NCBI GenBank assembly: GCA_002633005.1
Contig: NMRA01000136.1
Location: 192,859 to 256,858, forward strand
Reading direction: 5' to 3'
From: Phoronis australis
Lineage: Eukaryota; Animalia; Phoronida
Length of the DNA: 64,000 bases
In this document: positions 29,701-41,200 of the stretch, in pieces
Layout: every line of letters starts with the position of its first letter
Position numbering within the stretch: position 1 is the stretch's first letter
Notes under the pieces: generated by a model
What the model was told of the DNA's origin: nothing
Seen by the model: only the letters and a program-made list of their open reading frames with translations
Databases searched by the model: none
Position numbers and translations under genes: made by a program

Positions 29701-32700
29701 TTATCTATGAAACTAGATTTTGTCATTTTTTTTCCACTAACGACGAAATAGAAGCATTGAGCTATGGGACTGGTAAAGTAGAATTATGGATATGTCGTTT
29801 TTGTTTCACTCGTGGTTGCTGTAGTGCTGTGTCTGTGTGTTGCAGATTACAAGCCGGCATTGGAGGGCCGCGCCATAGTCAACCTACAGATGAGTGCCAC
29901 CGATGGTGCCCTGCAGGATATCTGTGCTTCCATAAGGGTCCAGCCTACTGCAGAGTTGTACACGAACAGGGGTGTTATACACCAGGTAACAGTGAGGTCT
30001 GCCCCTGCAGGTTTCACATCAAGGATGAAAATCTCCAATTGTGTCCACTGTAAAGGGAGTGTAGTGGTTTTATTTTCATTTTATTTGAAAACTGATGTTT
30101 GTTATTAAGTATTATAAATAGTGTGTGTCCTGAAAGGTGTCAGTCATCAATTATCAGACATATTTCCAGGCATTTCTAACCATGCTTTCAGTTGTGCTTA
30201 TTTTCATCGAGTGCACATTCCTTTTTGCTACAGAGTAGACTTGTAGGAAACAAGCAGGTGTTCAAATTCTGAATCCTTATAGTAGTGACATCTATTGGGA
30301 CTTTCATCACACTCCACTCCTCAGCATAAGGCTAATGCTATTACGGCAGAATGTCACAAATTTTAGACGAAAGAATTGCGAATCAAAATGAACCTTTTTC
30401 AATTTTCAATCATGGCTGCCACCATTTTCTGAATACCCAGTTTCTCAAAACGCTGACTGGTAGTAGGTCTTACAGCACAGAACTTGAAAATCATATAACA
30501 TTTATTCTGTGCTATATGTGAAAAAATGAAACTTCATTTGTCCACCATATTTTGTCCTAAATTGGTAAGATTTTACTGTAATAGTGATTAAAACACTACT
30601 CTGTGTATACACTAATCCTAATTACTCATTTGTATACTTCATTTTAGAATAAACTATTTACAAAGCACATATTGGGTTTTGTGCAGAAAGCATCTAGAAT
30701 TCTTACGTCCAGCCAGCACTTCTGTTATTTAAATCCACCTTCTCTGTTACAGTTTATGAATGACAAGGCTAATGCCATGAGGGACTACCAGACGGCGCTG
30801 CGTATCGACCCAAATTACTCACTGGCCTACTTCAATGCGGCCAACATGTACTTCCATACACATCAGTTTGGGCAGGCACGCCAGTTCTACGACAAAGCTC
30901 TCACTATAACACCTAGAGACGAGTCAGCGCTGCTAAATAGAGCGATTACAAAAGTATGTGTATGAGGAAATCAGTATGGATGATTTTTTTGCACCCCTAG
31001 TTTGTTCTGAACAGTTATATGTTGAAAAAATTGACTTGCTGTTTGTGAAATTGATGTAATTTTTGTGGCAGTTTCAAGTCAAAAAGAAACTCAACACACT
31101 AGGTTCCGAAAGAAAAATGTGGTAACATTGCGAAATTGCCATTTTCGCTTGTGCAAAGGCTACCGTCTATTAACAATTGGATCCCCTGAATCAGCAGACG
31201 AATTATGTTATGGAAGCTTGGACCCATCTTCTGGTCACATGTTTTGCAAAGTATTTTGTTTAAATTTTAGTTGTCTTTGTAACTGTTTCATCTCTTCTTC
31301 TTGTGTGTTTAGTTATTGCATCTCAACAGATAAAAACCACACCCTACTTTTTAATTGTTCTTGTATATACGCCAAACTAATGTAGCATAACTCCACCCCC
31401 GATTTTTCTCACATTTAAGCCCTGGGGTATAGGCTGTCCCCCCTGTTACCTCTGGGTCCATGTCAGAGCCTTTCTGTACTATGCACTCTCTTGCTAGGTG
31501 AGTTAATGCCATCAAAACAGATCCAGATACCGCTTGTTCATTGAATATGTAATGCAAGCCCATGGGTTAATGTTTGGATAAGCAGTACAACATGCCATGT
31601 TGTACCCGAATGTACAATACAAGCTCATCCCAGTACTTGGAGCTTTTCAATTTCTTCGAGAACTGAAAAATGTCAGTTTTTACTAACAATTCCTTTTGAC
31701 CATTTCAGGTGATGTTACGTGATTCCAAGGGGGCGCTAGTAGATTTCCACTTGGCACTGAAGCACAGCCCTCATTCAGCACATATCTACTTCAATCGTGG
31801 CAACTTCTTCATGTCATTGAACAAGTTTGAATTGGCCGAGAAAGACTACTCCCATGGTATGTAACACATGGTGCTTTGTTGAATGTATGTTTGTCTTTAG
31901 TATGCAAGTGGGACCATAAAATACCTTATACTTTTATAATGAGTCTAAAATAAATAGTTTAACTTACTAGAGGAAAGTCTCTCATTTTGGCAATGGAAGA
32001 CTTTCAAACAAAAAGTATTAGGGGGCCACCTGATAGACAGGTCCCGCCACCTGGCTGTACCTGGAGGTACTTCTTCTCGGCAGTGGGTTGCCTAGGGAGC
32101 ATGTTTGACTTAGTGAAATACCCTCTTACATTGCGTGTGATTAGACATGATGCATTGTAAACAAATTTTTAAAGTGAAATTGCATTTTTGGCCTCCAGAG
32201 GTCGCTAGTATCTGATCCCATGTGGTCACTCGACACATTTCTACTTGAACGTCTCTCACGAAAAACAGTTGAAGCAATAGTTGCATGTACTTTTTGTTCA
32301 TTTTAGTCAGATATATTCAATATTTGTCGGTGTTCTTACGTAACAGAGAGTATTACTCATTTTGACTTATGAACAATGTGTAACAAATAAAAACTTTTTG
32401 GTACTCAAAAGGAGTTATTTACATCTCTCAGTACAGCGTCCTTGAACAAAAACTAGAATGTATAATGTCAACATCTCCTTAAAACCCTTGTGGTAGCACG
32501 AACCCATCTTCTAGGATTAAATCTACATGGTGGTTGTCCAAGTGTAAAACTTTGAAATGATTTTTGTTCAATTTCAGCCTTACGACTGCAGCCTGACGAC
32601 TCTCTGTGTTTGAAGAGACGCGCTGATGTTCTTGGTAAGCTGGGTCGTAGAGACGATGCCATTGCAGATTACAAACACGCTATTGAGATACAGGGGAGAA

Positions 32701-32738
32701 AACAACCAGCTTGGAGACCCAACATTGCTGCACACTAG
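2712..32738 (+). CDS. TTC6: Tetratricopeptide repeat protein 6-like (long acidic low-complexity N-terminus plus many C-terminal TPRs); 5' end not identified
   Basis: 35 GT-AG exons join in one frame (phases checked): 2712-2819, 4522-4628, 4986-5087, 6010-6324, 6498-6710, 7450-7715, 7945-8114, 8649-8820, 9453-9580, 10385-10565, 10988-11128, 12141-12221, 12777-12923, 13908-14001, 14373-14509, 16380-16526, 17205-17325, 18243-18349, 18784-18981, 19527-19640, 20269-20382, 20932-21025, 22232-22306, 22726-22863, 23297-23431, 25252-25398, 26299-26397, 26673-26927, 27765-27952, 28751-28885, 29186-29322, 29846-29985, 30753-30953, 31709-31856, 32578-32738 (TAG). TPR peptides such as AYLSRATFYGMHGRYSKAIMNCNEALKLQPKSVRAYLYRGALKY and the motif IWNDWFDEVFP resemble TTC6 as I recall it. 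Confidence 0.85.
2892..3949. mobile_element. Non-autonomous Tc1/mariner-superfamily (Tc2/pogo-like) DNA transposon carrying a decayed HIRAN ORF
   Basis: TA on both flanks (2890-2891, 3950-3951). Right end reads CCGTATTCGCCCTAATAAGTGCCCA on -, left end is a degraded match (CCATGTTTGCCCCT..AATAACTGCCCA). Subterminal ATAAGYGCCC motifs are repeated. Confidence 0.6.
3027..3326 (-). pseudogene. Frameshifted HIRAN-domain-like ORF inside the transposon
   Basis: Two frames join to give ICGFYEYKDIWIPVGGEDLYGK / IRYNPVDKYTAPVLKGLTIVGHVPCKISKTFAFFLKHSGSLKCTVTAKYRHSGEARGLEIP, matching the stand-alone HIRAN pattern GY/FxxY..W.P..GE.L..N..D.YA..V...VGHVP..IS..F..FL...C.VT. Confidence 0.65.
5455..5683 (-). 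mobile_element. Penelope-like/retrozyme LTR fragment with a 12-bp target-site duplication
   Basis: Flanked by the direct repeat TTAATGGAAATA (5443-5454 and 5684-5695); contains a hammerhead core; a related end (CGCCACACAAATAAAAGTTTCA) occurs at about 121-142. Confidence 0.6.
5495..5529 (-). ncRNA. Minimal type I hammerhead ribozyme motif
   Basis: Minus strand reads CTGATGA-t-GTCTA-atgaa-TAGAC-GAAA-CGTT: conserved core boxes, 5-bp stem II, palindromic ACGT stem III; stem I is weak. Confidence 0.55.
11335..11597 (-). mobile_element. tRNA-derived SINE, copy 1
   Basis: Reverse complement begins GAGGAGGCAGTG..CTCAAGGTCA..GTGCTAGAC..GTCAGGCTTCT, shared with the copies at about 28.3 kb and 52.3 kb. 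Confidence 0.6.
11595..11754. repeat. Local tandem duplication (about 83 bp x2)
   Basis: CTTCAACTTACCCTGCACTTCTAAGAATGTTTTGAAGTAGCAATG... occurs twice. Confidence 0.85.
12921..13101. repeat. 38-bp minisatellite (about 4.8 copies) starting at an exon donor site
   Basis: Unit AGAGTGAGTAGCCATGTTGTTCTCTACTRTAAAGTGGT. Confidence 0.95.
14693..16315. mobile_element. ISL2EU (PIF/Harbinger-related)-like deleted DNA transposon with THAP remnant; spans an N gap
   Basis: TIR AGACCCTATTCACGC / GCGTGAATAGGGTCT plus subterminal CGAGGCTC / GAGCCTCG, with AT on both flanks. Decayed THAP-like peptide on + near 14785-14910 (CCSANG*KK...KDIEIRKRWVVA/RDEEKYIRV). Inward-facing ORF remnant on - near 16200-16060 (...KGFNYFLEN*VRNMK). 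Ns at 15227-15304. Confidence 0.55.
28301..28680 (+). mobile_element. tRNA-derived SINE, copy 2
   Basis: A-box-like TGGTGGGGCAAGTG, B-box-like GAGTTCAAGTCC, body ACACTGCTTGACCCTTGAGTCAGGTTTCTAG shared with the other copies. Confidence 0.65.
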
Positions 32739-33303
32739 GTGTCTTTTGCTTTATCTAACTGAAGAAACTAGTAGTGGAGACTTCTGCAATGCAAAATCTT
32801 GACTATTCTTTCTTTCAATTTTCTTAGGCAACTTAAATGCTCCCTAAGCAGCAGTTTTGCATCCTTTGTATAGTTAATGCAACATACCTTCATTTTGTGC
32901 TCTTTTCATGGTAAAGATTACTAAGCAATGAAGGACTGGATCAATTATCTCTTTTCCTCATATTTTTACTTTTGAAACTGCACAATGACAGTATTGCTAC
33001 TGGTTTAAAAAGAATTACAGCTCACAAATTTTAAAACTCAAACAAATGTTGGAATTTTGAGAATTCTCTGTTACTCTGAAAAATTGTTATTGCAGTTCTG
33101 TAAATTTTATTCATATAGCACTTTCTGTAACTTTTATTTAACCCAGAGACTTGAGTGAAATGGAACTTACTCAAGGGTCAACTATGAAAACGTGTAAATA
33201 CGTGTATATTTTTTGTATATTTTTCGTTTGTTCTTATAGACTTTTAAATTTTATTTTACATTAAAGTTATTTATTACTTGTCACTGCATGTAAATAATTC
33301 ATC

Positions 33304-33309
33304 AATAAA
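33304..33309 (+). terminator. Candidate polyadenylation signal of the TTC6-like gene
   Basis: AATAAA about 570 nt after the stop, ending a T-rich UTR-like tract. Confidence 0.5.
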
Positions 33310-36300
33310 AAATTATTGTTCAATTTCAAGTGAGTTTTATTGCATGAATGTGATGACACACTTTGCCAGTCTTTTATCATACAGCATTCAAAACGTATTA
33401 TAATACAACAAACAGTAATGCTTCTGAGTGGATTGAATCACTGGAGAATGTTTCGGGCCTGTAATTACTCAGTTGTAATTTTTGAGAAATTTCTATCCCG
33501 TGTTGTATGTCATGTTCACAAGAATTTGTTATTGCATCAAGTCTGCTATAAACCTGTGTTCTATAGAAGAAATTTACTTTTGGTTCTCAAAAAACTGTTG
33601 CGGTACCCTTCCAAAGAACTGACAGAGCTTGAGGACATGCTCACGACACTGTAATGAGTCCACTAGTTGACCTTTGTTTCAAGCAAAAGCGACCTTTCAC
33701 GTCTTTCCAAGCCCAGAAAGGTCATCTATGTTGACCAACAAATAACTCGAGACCAATTTCATAATGGTATGTGGTTTAAATCAAATGTTTTTGTTACGAA
33801 AGAAGTGTTTAGAGTTGCTTTAAATAGTTCTAACAATAGCAATAAGAAGTAATTCTGCCTCATATTCAACTCAGTTTCACGTTGAACTGTCCAATTGACG
33901 TTTTAACGATAGTAAGAGACTTCATGTACACACGGGATTGTGTGATAGCAGTTATGCACCGTCAACGAACGGAATTATATATGTAGAAATCAATTCATTT
34001 TGATAGCACTTCAAGTAGAGAGGAGTCCGCTTCATGAAATGCTATTTCTAAAAAAAAAATTGTTAAATCTCACTTGAGAAAAATCGAAAGTCGTCGAGAA
34101 TATACATATTACTGCTAATTACCAGGATGATTGCTACAAAATATTTCCAGACTGTGATGCTCTCGTAGTTACTTGGCTAAACTTTTATGAAGCAACTGTG
34201 AAGTGAGAGCGTGGTACTACAATATCTGTCTCATAAGACGTAAAGTCTCAAATCACTTTTCGGGAAATGGACCCCTGAAGTTCAATTTATCATTATGATA
34301 GAAACAAATAAACAGGTTGCACCATCCAAACTCAGCTGGGACAAGTAATAGTTTCAAGTTATATTTTACATCTGTACAAATAGATTTACTTAAAATGCAT
34401 CAAATAGGATTTTTTCATTTTAAAAATCTAACAAGACTAGCTTTAGCTTGATCCAACTGGTCTGAGAGAATTTATTTCGAGTAAGAGCTACAGTATCCGA
34501 CTTATCTGAAGGACCTAGTGTACAAACCAGAACAACTGTGCCATGATTGTGATAAGTGAAAATTGGACTTGCACATACCGGACATACACAAGTTTTACTG
34601 TATCAACTACATGATCAATTTGACTAAATACAATAACAAAGGAGAAAAAATTCCTTTCATTAATAACACCAAAATTGCTTTAAATCATTTTTTTTTATTT
34701 TAAATACTTTAATAAACACAATTGAAATACAAATGAAGAAATCAGCCAAACCAACTCTACATTTTGAACATGACTACACTGTAAGGATAAAAAACAAAAG
34801 TGAAGTAAATTAATATATTAAATAATACAGCGTCCTGAGCCTAGTTCACTGTATGATCTAACAACTTTTGGGTAACTCTGATAACACTTGCGTGCAAATG
34901 ATCAGTTGCAGCTTGAGATTGGATTTACACGAGACTTCATGAAAAAAATCCCAACTTTAATTTTATAGTGAAATACTGACTTAGTTTTTAATTGTTCAAC
35001 TTAAAAGGTGGGATTTAAGTCACGACCTTTTAGTAAAACAGGCCCCTGACGAAAACACTTTTTGAGCTAACGCTGTAAAGTAAAAAAACATTTACACTAA
35101 ACTTGAGTTGCATAGACACAGGAATATCCAGCAGTTTGGATTCTTCACAAGTCAGGATGATTGTGGAATTGATGAAAATACTAAAGTGCATTTTAATGCT
35201 TTGATCTCTAACTACTTACAACAATTCCTGTAAATCCAATTCAGTGGAAAATGTTAATGTAATGTAAATAGTGCTGTATGCCTTTTACTGGAGGTGGGAA
35301 CATTGACCTCCCACACTGCCCATTTAAGCAAATACTGAAAAGTTTTGTGTGAAGACTTGTTACAGTAAATCATTGCCTAGTAGGTACATCAGAATTTGAG
35401 AATAGTTCACAGACCAGGCGAAAATAGTACACAACTTTTAAAAAGGACATGAAGGTGTGAAAATATAGTTAACTAAAACTAAAAACTTTATGTCAGACAA
35501 CACTGGAAAATATATGGCTATTTGACACCTGGGCAAAGGTAGATAGGACGGAACTGAAACTCATGCTAGGCATTACAGAGCAAATGATTCTAGGCAATAT
35601 AAAATATGTGATAAAAGGTAATAGTAAATTAGTTCAGAATAACCTGCTTCAGCCTTTTAAACCTAAGCTTAAACAAATAATAAATCTTGATGCATCAATA
35701 CAATCATTTTAAGTATTTTCATATCAGATGTGCTCAATTTGCTAGGAAATCGCGATTACCTCAATGAATTATTCAACTGTGAAATATGAATAAACAATAA
35801 AAATATCAAATCAGTGATGTTGTTCTCCTGAATAGCTGTCTTACAGAATTGATTATCTTTAAGTGGAATGTTTTTCTAGTTTACAGTTACCGAATAAAAT
35901 TCATAGATTACATAATAATGGTATTGACAAAATGGAGATAACAAATAATAGAATAACTTCTGAATCAAGAAATGAGAAAATTTCCACCAAAATTAAAGTG
36001 CGAGTCACTTGGAGGTCAGCCTAAAGTGTTTCAAGGAAAAATTCTTAACATAACTTACTGACATTAACAGGAAAGTGAGAGGGTTACTACAAAAACTTGT
36101 AATGCATTACATAACAATGCCTATTGACAATAAATCAAAAAACACTCAAACTGAACACTTAATAAACTAGTATGTCTCCTGCTTTTATCGCTAAGTCTAA
36201 ATTCCATATCTACAAGTCAGACAGAATTAATATCACATTTTTTGAAGTGTGTGAGCATTATGGACTGATCAAAATCACCACCTCAATCGGAAACATCTCG

Positions 36301-36567
36301 AAGACAGTACAGTATGCATGCACAACATACGTGTAACACTGTCTAAATCTGACTCGCCTTCCAAACGCCAGTCTTCCACAAACCCATATTTTTGACCATT
36401 GCATATTCTAACCAAAAAGTTTTCAAAGTAAACAAAAAATGTACATGGCACACATTACACAACCTTACAAAGCACTGGTCAATCACAGCAACATAAGTAC
36501 CACCCCTTGTCAATAATGACACAGAGCATTGCCCATTCCGTCAATCAACCACAATCAGCCCCACCCA

Positions 36568-36678
36568 CTATTCCAGCTCCTCAGTTAAGAATGTGTCTCC
36601 ACTGCTGCGAGTTGTCATGCTTTTCTGTTTTGTTGCCGAAGACGCTGATCTTTTCCGAGCCTGACGCCTCAATTGAAC
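36568..36678 (-). CDS. FBXO36: FBXO36 alternative (distal) terminal exon
   Basis: Branch-like CACTTAAT, pyrimidine tract, CAG | VQLRRQARKRSASSATKQKSMTTRSSGDTFLTEELE*; phase 0; its start is homologous to the proximal terminal exon. Confidence 0.75.
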   Translation of the reverse strand, partial: VQLRRQARKRSASSATKQKSMTTRSSGDTFLTEELE

Positions 36679-38279
36679 CTGACCATGGAAAGCGGGAAAA
36701 TTAAGTGACAGAGAAATGGACACTTGTACTAAAACTACCACTTAATACAGGACAAAAAGAACAATAACTCCTCCAAGAACAAATAAAAGTCATCCCCTAC
36801 AACAGGTGCAATAAAACATGCACTTTAAATGCAGTTGTTCACCTTACAGGATTGGCTGCTTCAAAATCTCCTGCAGTGGTCTTACTTAAAGAATGACGAC
36901 ATCGGGTTTTTTTTATTTGCAAGCAGATAACGCACAAAACACAAGCATCCTCAAAGTAATATTAATTACATCAAAGTACCGGTATTTCATGTTTACCATA
37001 TTTCAAGACCCTTTCAGTCATAGTTTATTGTGAACCTGAGACTGGACTAAGCTCAAAGTTCATTTCATTTAAATTACTTCAGTTCCAACTAGCTAGATTA
37101 CCATATCATTGCCATATCATTACGATAGCTAAACGGTTATATTTGTGAAAATCCATTGAAGTGATCAGACTGTAATCTAATCTCAAATCATTTTGTACAA
37201 AATCATTGATCATGCAAAAGGTTAGGCATTTAAATGTTACGAAGCTTCAAAATGTTAAAGGATATGTTGACTAGGATAATGTCAGGTAAAACAAAATGTC
37301 AAAGCAGCTAGGACACACCATAAACCAATAAAAACATTAACAAAAGTGTTAACAGTCATTGTGATGTCAAATGTCACTAAGCTTATAATACTAGTGTGAT
37401 ATTCTAAATGCCACCAATACTGCCCCAGTAAAGTGTGCATTTAGATTGTAAATTCAAGGTAAACATTCCGTTAAATGATTCTCTTAGTGGATGACATCAC
37501 CATCAAGCCACAAAAGAAGGAACTTTCAAAGTAAAACTTCAGGCACAAGACCTACTGCAAGCAGAACAAATCAACATTCAGATGGCCAACATTAAATTCA
37601 ATCACATAATAGCACATCATTGTTGAACTTAACCCACTGAATGAACTCCATTTTGTCATTTTACAACTGACACAAGTCAACTGATGTGACAGAGTGAACA
37701 CTCGCATCCTTTCTAGAAAGGTGAGAGGTTCTCTATGATAGTGAATAATTTCAAAACCATTCAAATACACTGGGAGAGTAAACTGACAGCATACACATAA
37801 AAGATTTTTACAAATGTCAATAAAAACCATCAATAATACTGAAGAAAATCAACACATTTGGAAGAATTTTTTTGTAGGAAAGCTGGTCTGCCAAAATCGT
37901 ACATTGTGCTATGCTTTTAAAAATGTCAATGATTTTAGAAGATCTTCAGTACGAAAAAAATTCTTAATCTTAATGCTGTTTGTGTTCCATTTCACTGGAC
38001 ACTTGCAAGCCATACATGTTCAAGGGGGTGAGAGGTCATGCAAATGTTTTAACATAAAATGCTTCATGAAGTGTTCACATCTATCTCACACTGGCAAGCT
38101 AACAGAAGAGGCTGCATGTCATCAGATGGTGACACACCATGCACAACTCCATTAAAAACACACCACCTACAAGCCAAAGGAATAACAAACAGTCATGAAA
38201 CAAAACACCTATAGACAAATTATAAATGGGAGAGGAAAATGAAATGGTGTGAGTCAAGACAGCCACATCTACAAGAGGA

Positions 38280-41200
38280 CTAGGTGTTAATTACGGATTC
38301 AGACGAGGTCGCATCCATTTCCTCTTCATTTCCACTCATGTCCTCAACCTTACGTTTGCGCTGACGGTTTATCTGAACCTACGAAACAGTTTATAGTTGA
38401 GTAAATAAAAATTAAAATCTCTCAAGCGCAGATCCAAAGAGGGGACTGGAAGGTCCACAACCTCCAAGCTCGGCCATTTTTTTCTGCTGGAGGAATATAA
38501 AGGGCCCCCTACGTCCATCCAACGTCAGATTCCCTATGGTCATAGCTATGAATCCATGCCTGGCACTGTGCTAAATCATAGCTATGAATCCATGCCTGGC
38601 ACTGTGCTAAATCATAGCTATGAATCCATGCCTGGCACTGTGCTAAATCATAGCTATGAATCCATGCCTGGCACTGTGCTAAATCATAGCTATGAATCCA
38701 TGCCTGGCACTGAGCTAAATCATAGCTATGAATCCATGCCTGGCACTGTGCTAAAACATAGCTATGAATCCATGCCTGGCACTGTGCTAAATCATAGCTA
38801 TGAATCCATGCCTGGCACTGTGCTAAATCATAGCTATGAATCCATGCCTGGCACTGTGCTAAAACATAGCTATGAATCCATGCCTGGCACTGTGCTAAAT
38901 CATAGCTATGAATCCATGCCTGGCACTGTGCTAAATCATAGCTATGAATCCATGCCTGGCACTGTGCTAAAACGTGTTGTAATCAAATATTTTGTCAAAA
39001 CATTTTTCAAAAGCGTGTCAGTGTAGTACAAGCTTCTAGGAATCACATGCTTTGTAAATCTATTCCTTCTATCAAAAAACAACTTTTGATCCCGGCCACT
39101 TGCCATTTAAAATCAGTCCATTACATAACTGTTCCTTTCTCAGACAAGAAATGACTTTAGGCTTGAGAAGAACCGATAGTCTGTTAGTGCCTCAGACTGG
39201 GCTCGCCAATAAAATGTCACAGCCGGTTACATCAAGTCTTCAAAGCAGTATGGCCATCAGGGAACTTCCAGACATCTTATCGAGACCCATTTCAATTCAA
39301 ACACAGCTTACTAATGAGATGACATAGCTTTGGAAAAGCAAAATTATTTTTGGATCCAAACATGGTATATGGTTTAAAATAGAGCAATAAAGTGACCGTC
39401 CAATAGGATTCATTGTTACTTTTCAAAGTGACCGTCCAAATGGATTCACTCTTACTTTGCAAAGAATGCTGTCACTACTCTTAAAGCACTTATAAGTTTT
39501 CTAAAAATTTCAATTTGACACCATTGAGTAAAACACTATATAAACAAGAAATGTTTCAGCATATTTTGTGATGGATGAAGAATGGTTGCAATATTAAGGC
39601 AAAACTAGACTAAAACAGTTGACATCAAGTTAGAATTTCTTGTCAATATTTTCCACTGAGTGATACTTTTACAAATACTCCAGTATGCAATCGTTCCAAA
39701 CAATAGAAAAGAGAGAATGCGTAAATACTTGATACATGAAGTCAAGAACATGTGAAAGTTGTCTATTTGTAAAAACAACAAAAAACAGGAAATGTGAGGC
39801 TTACAGACAACTTCCCGGTCAACCCTCTTTTAATTTATCATACAGTATGGTGGATATGAAAAAATTTTATTTTGTCTAATTTCTCAACAACCATTCAAAA
39901 TAAAAATTCTGAAAAACATTACCTTGTCATTAGCATGGTCTGTACTGTTTCATTCATAAAACAGAATTTTGTTAAATTTTGCGAATTTTCACAAGTTATT
40001 GGTGTTTGCAAATTTTGCAATATTACTATTTGTGTGAAATTAAAGAGATTGCCACATCTTATTCCATTACCATAAAGAAAACATAAAAAAGAGGCAAATA
40101 TACACATGGCTTGTACATTACAAGGTTTATGTACCCATCTGAAGGGTCTGTGAACATCATCAACTATCCTCAAATCTTGCCCATTAAGGCCACTGCCTTT
40201 CACAAAAAAATGCAAATCCAAATTTCAAAGACAATGACATAATAGACAGCCATCAGTTTACCAAAATTGTTGGGTTACCATAAACTATGATTAAATAGAT
40301 TGTCCGTTGTCTACTGATGTCATTATAAAATATGCAGTCACTTACTAGTAAACAGTGTAATGCATATGGACAATGTTTTTGCTGACTACAATCGAGATTT
40401 CGTCACCAACTGAGATAGTCACCGCGCTTTCATTGTTAAATAGTAGTAGATTACAAACGGGGGTAAAGTTGACACCCAGGCCACGGTTCAGTTACTAACG
40501 AAAGCCAAGTGTACTCGGCTAAATGTTCAATCAGCTGGATTACATCCTGTCTCCTAAACTAGTTAATTTGAACTGCATAATTGAGTTGAAGGCTACTGTA
40601 GTGTAAATAATCAGAGATGCCTGTTCTACCTGTAACTGCAGTTTGTTGGTGAAGAACAGTTTTCGCCAGCCAACTTCTTCGGCCAATCGTGTCAGCTCTT
40701 CTGTAATGCCAGCCTCGCTGTTTTGGCGATAGATCTTCTGCCAAAGAGCATCGCCCATGCATAGCTAAGAAATATTACAAGTTGGAGAAGAAATTCCAGT
40801 CAAAGAACCCTACTACAAAATTAAACACAAAGAATACAATATATGCCTAAAAGGATCATGGGAAAATGTGTTTACATAAGTATAACTAGCTATGTATGAA
40901 ATAAATGTGGTTTTCTATTACCACTAAACAACAATTTTTGTTATGCTACATGCAAGTCGTTAAACTTTTACCATGATAAAAAGTCAATTGTTGTTTTGAG
41001 TCTTAAAATGGCTTGCTCCTTTCACGTGATTCATGTTACAAAAATAATGCTATGGTATAATTTTCAAAAGAACCTGAAAAAAGTGCCCAGGAGTTCCTTA
41101 TCGTAATACTCCAATGCCACATTTGTCAGACATGTAGCTTAATTAATCTCATAGATGAAGAAATATTTTTTAAAGTTTTAAACAAAATTTGTTTCCCCTC

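Noticed and set aside
38556-39026. 156-aa repetitive ORF (MPGTVLNHSYES)n; array superficially CRISPR-like
   Set aside because: Product of a 36-bp minisatellite, antisense within an intron; no spacers, no cas genes, eukaryotic context
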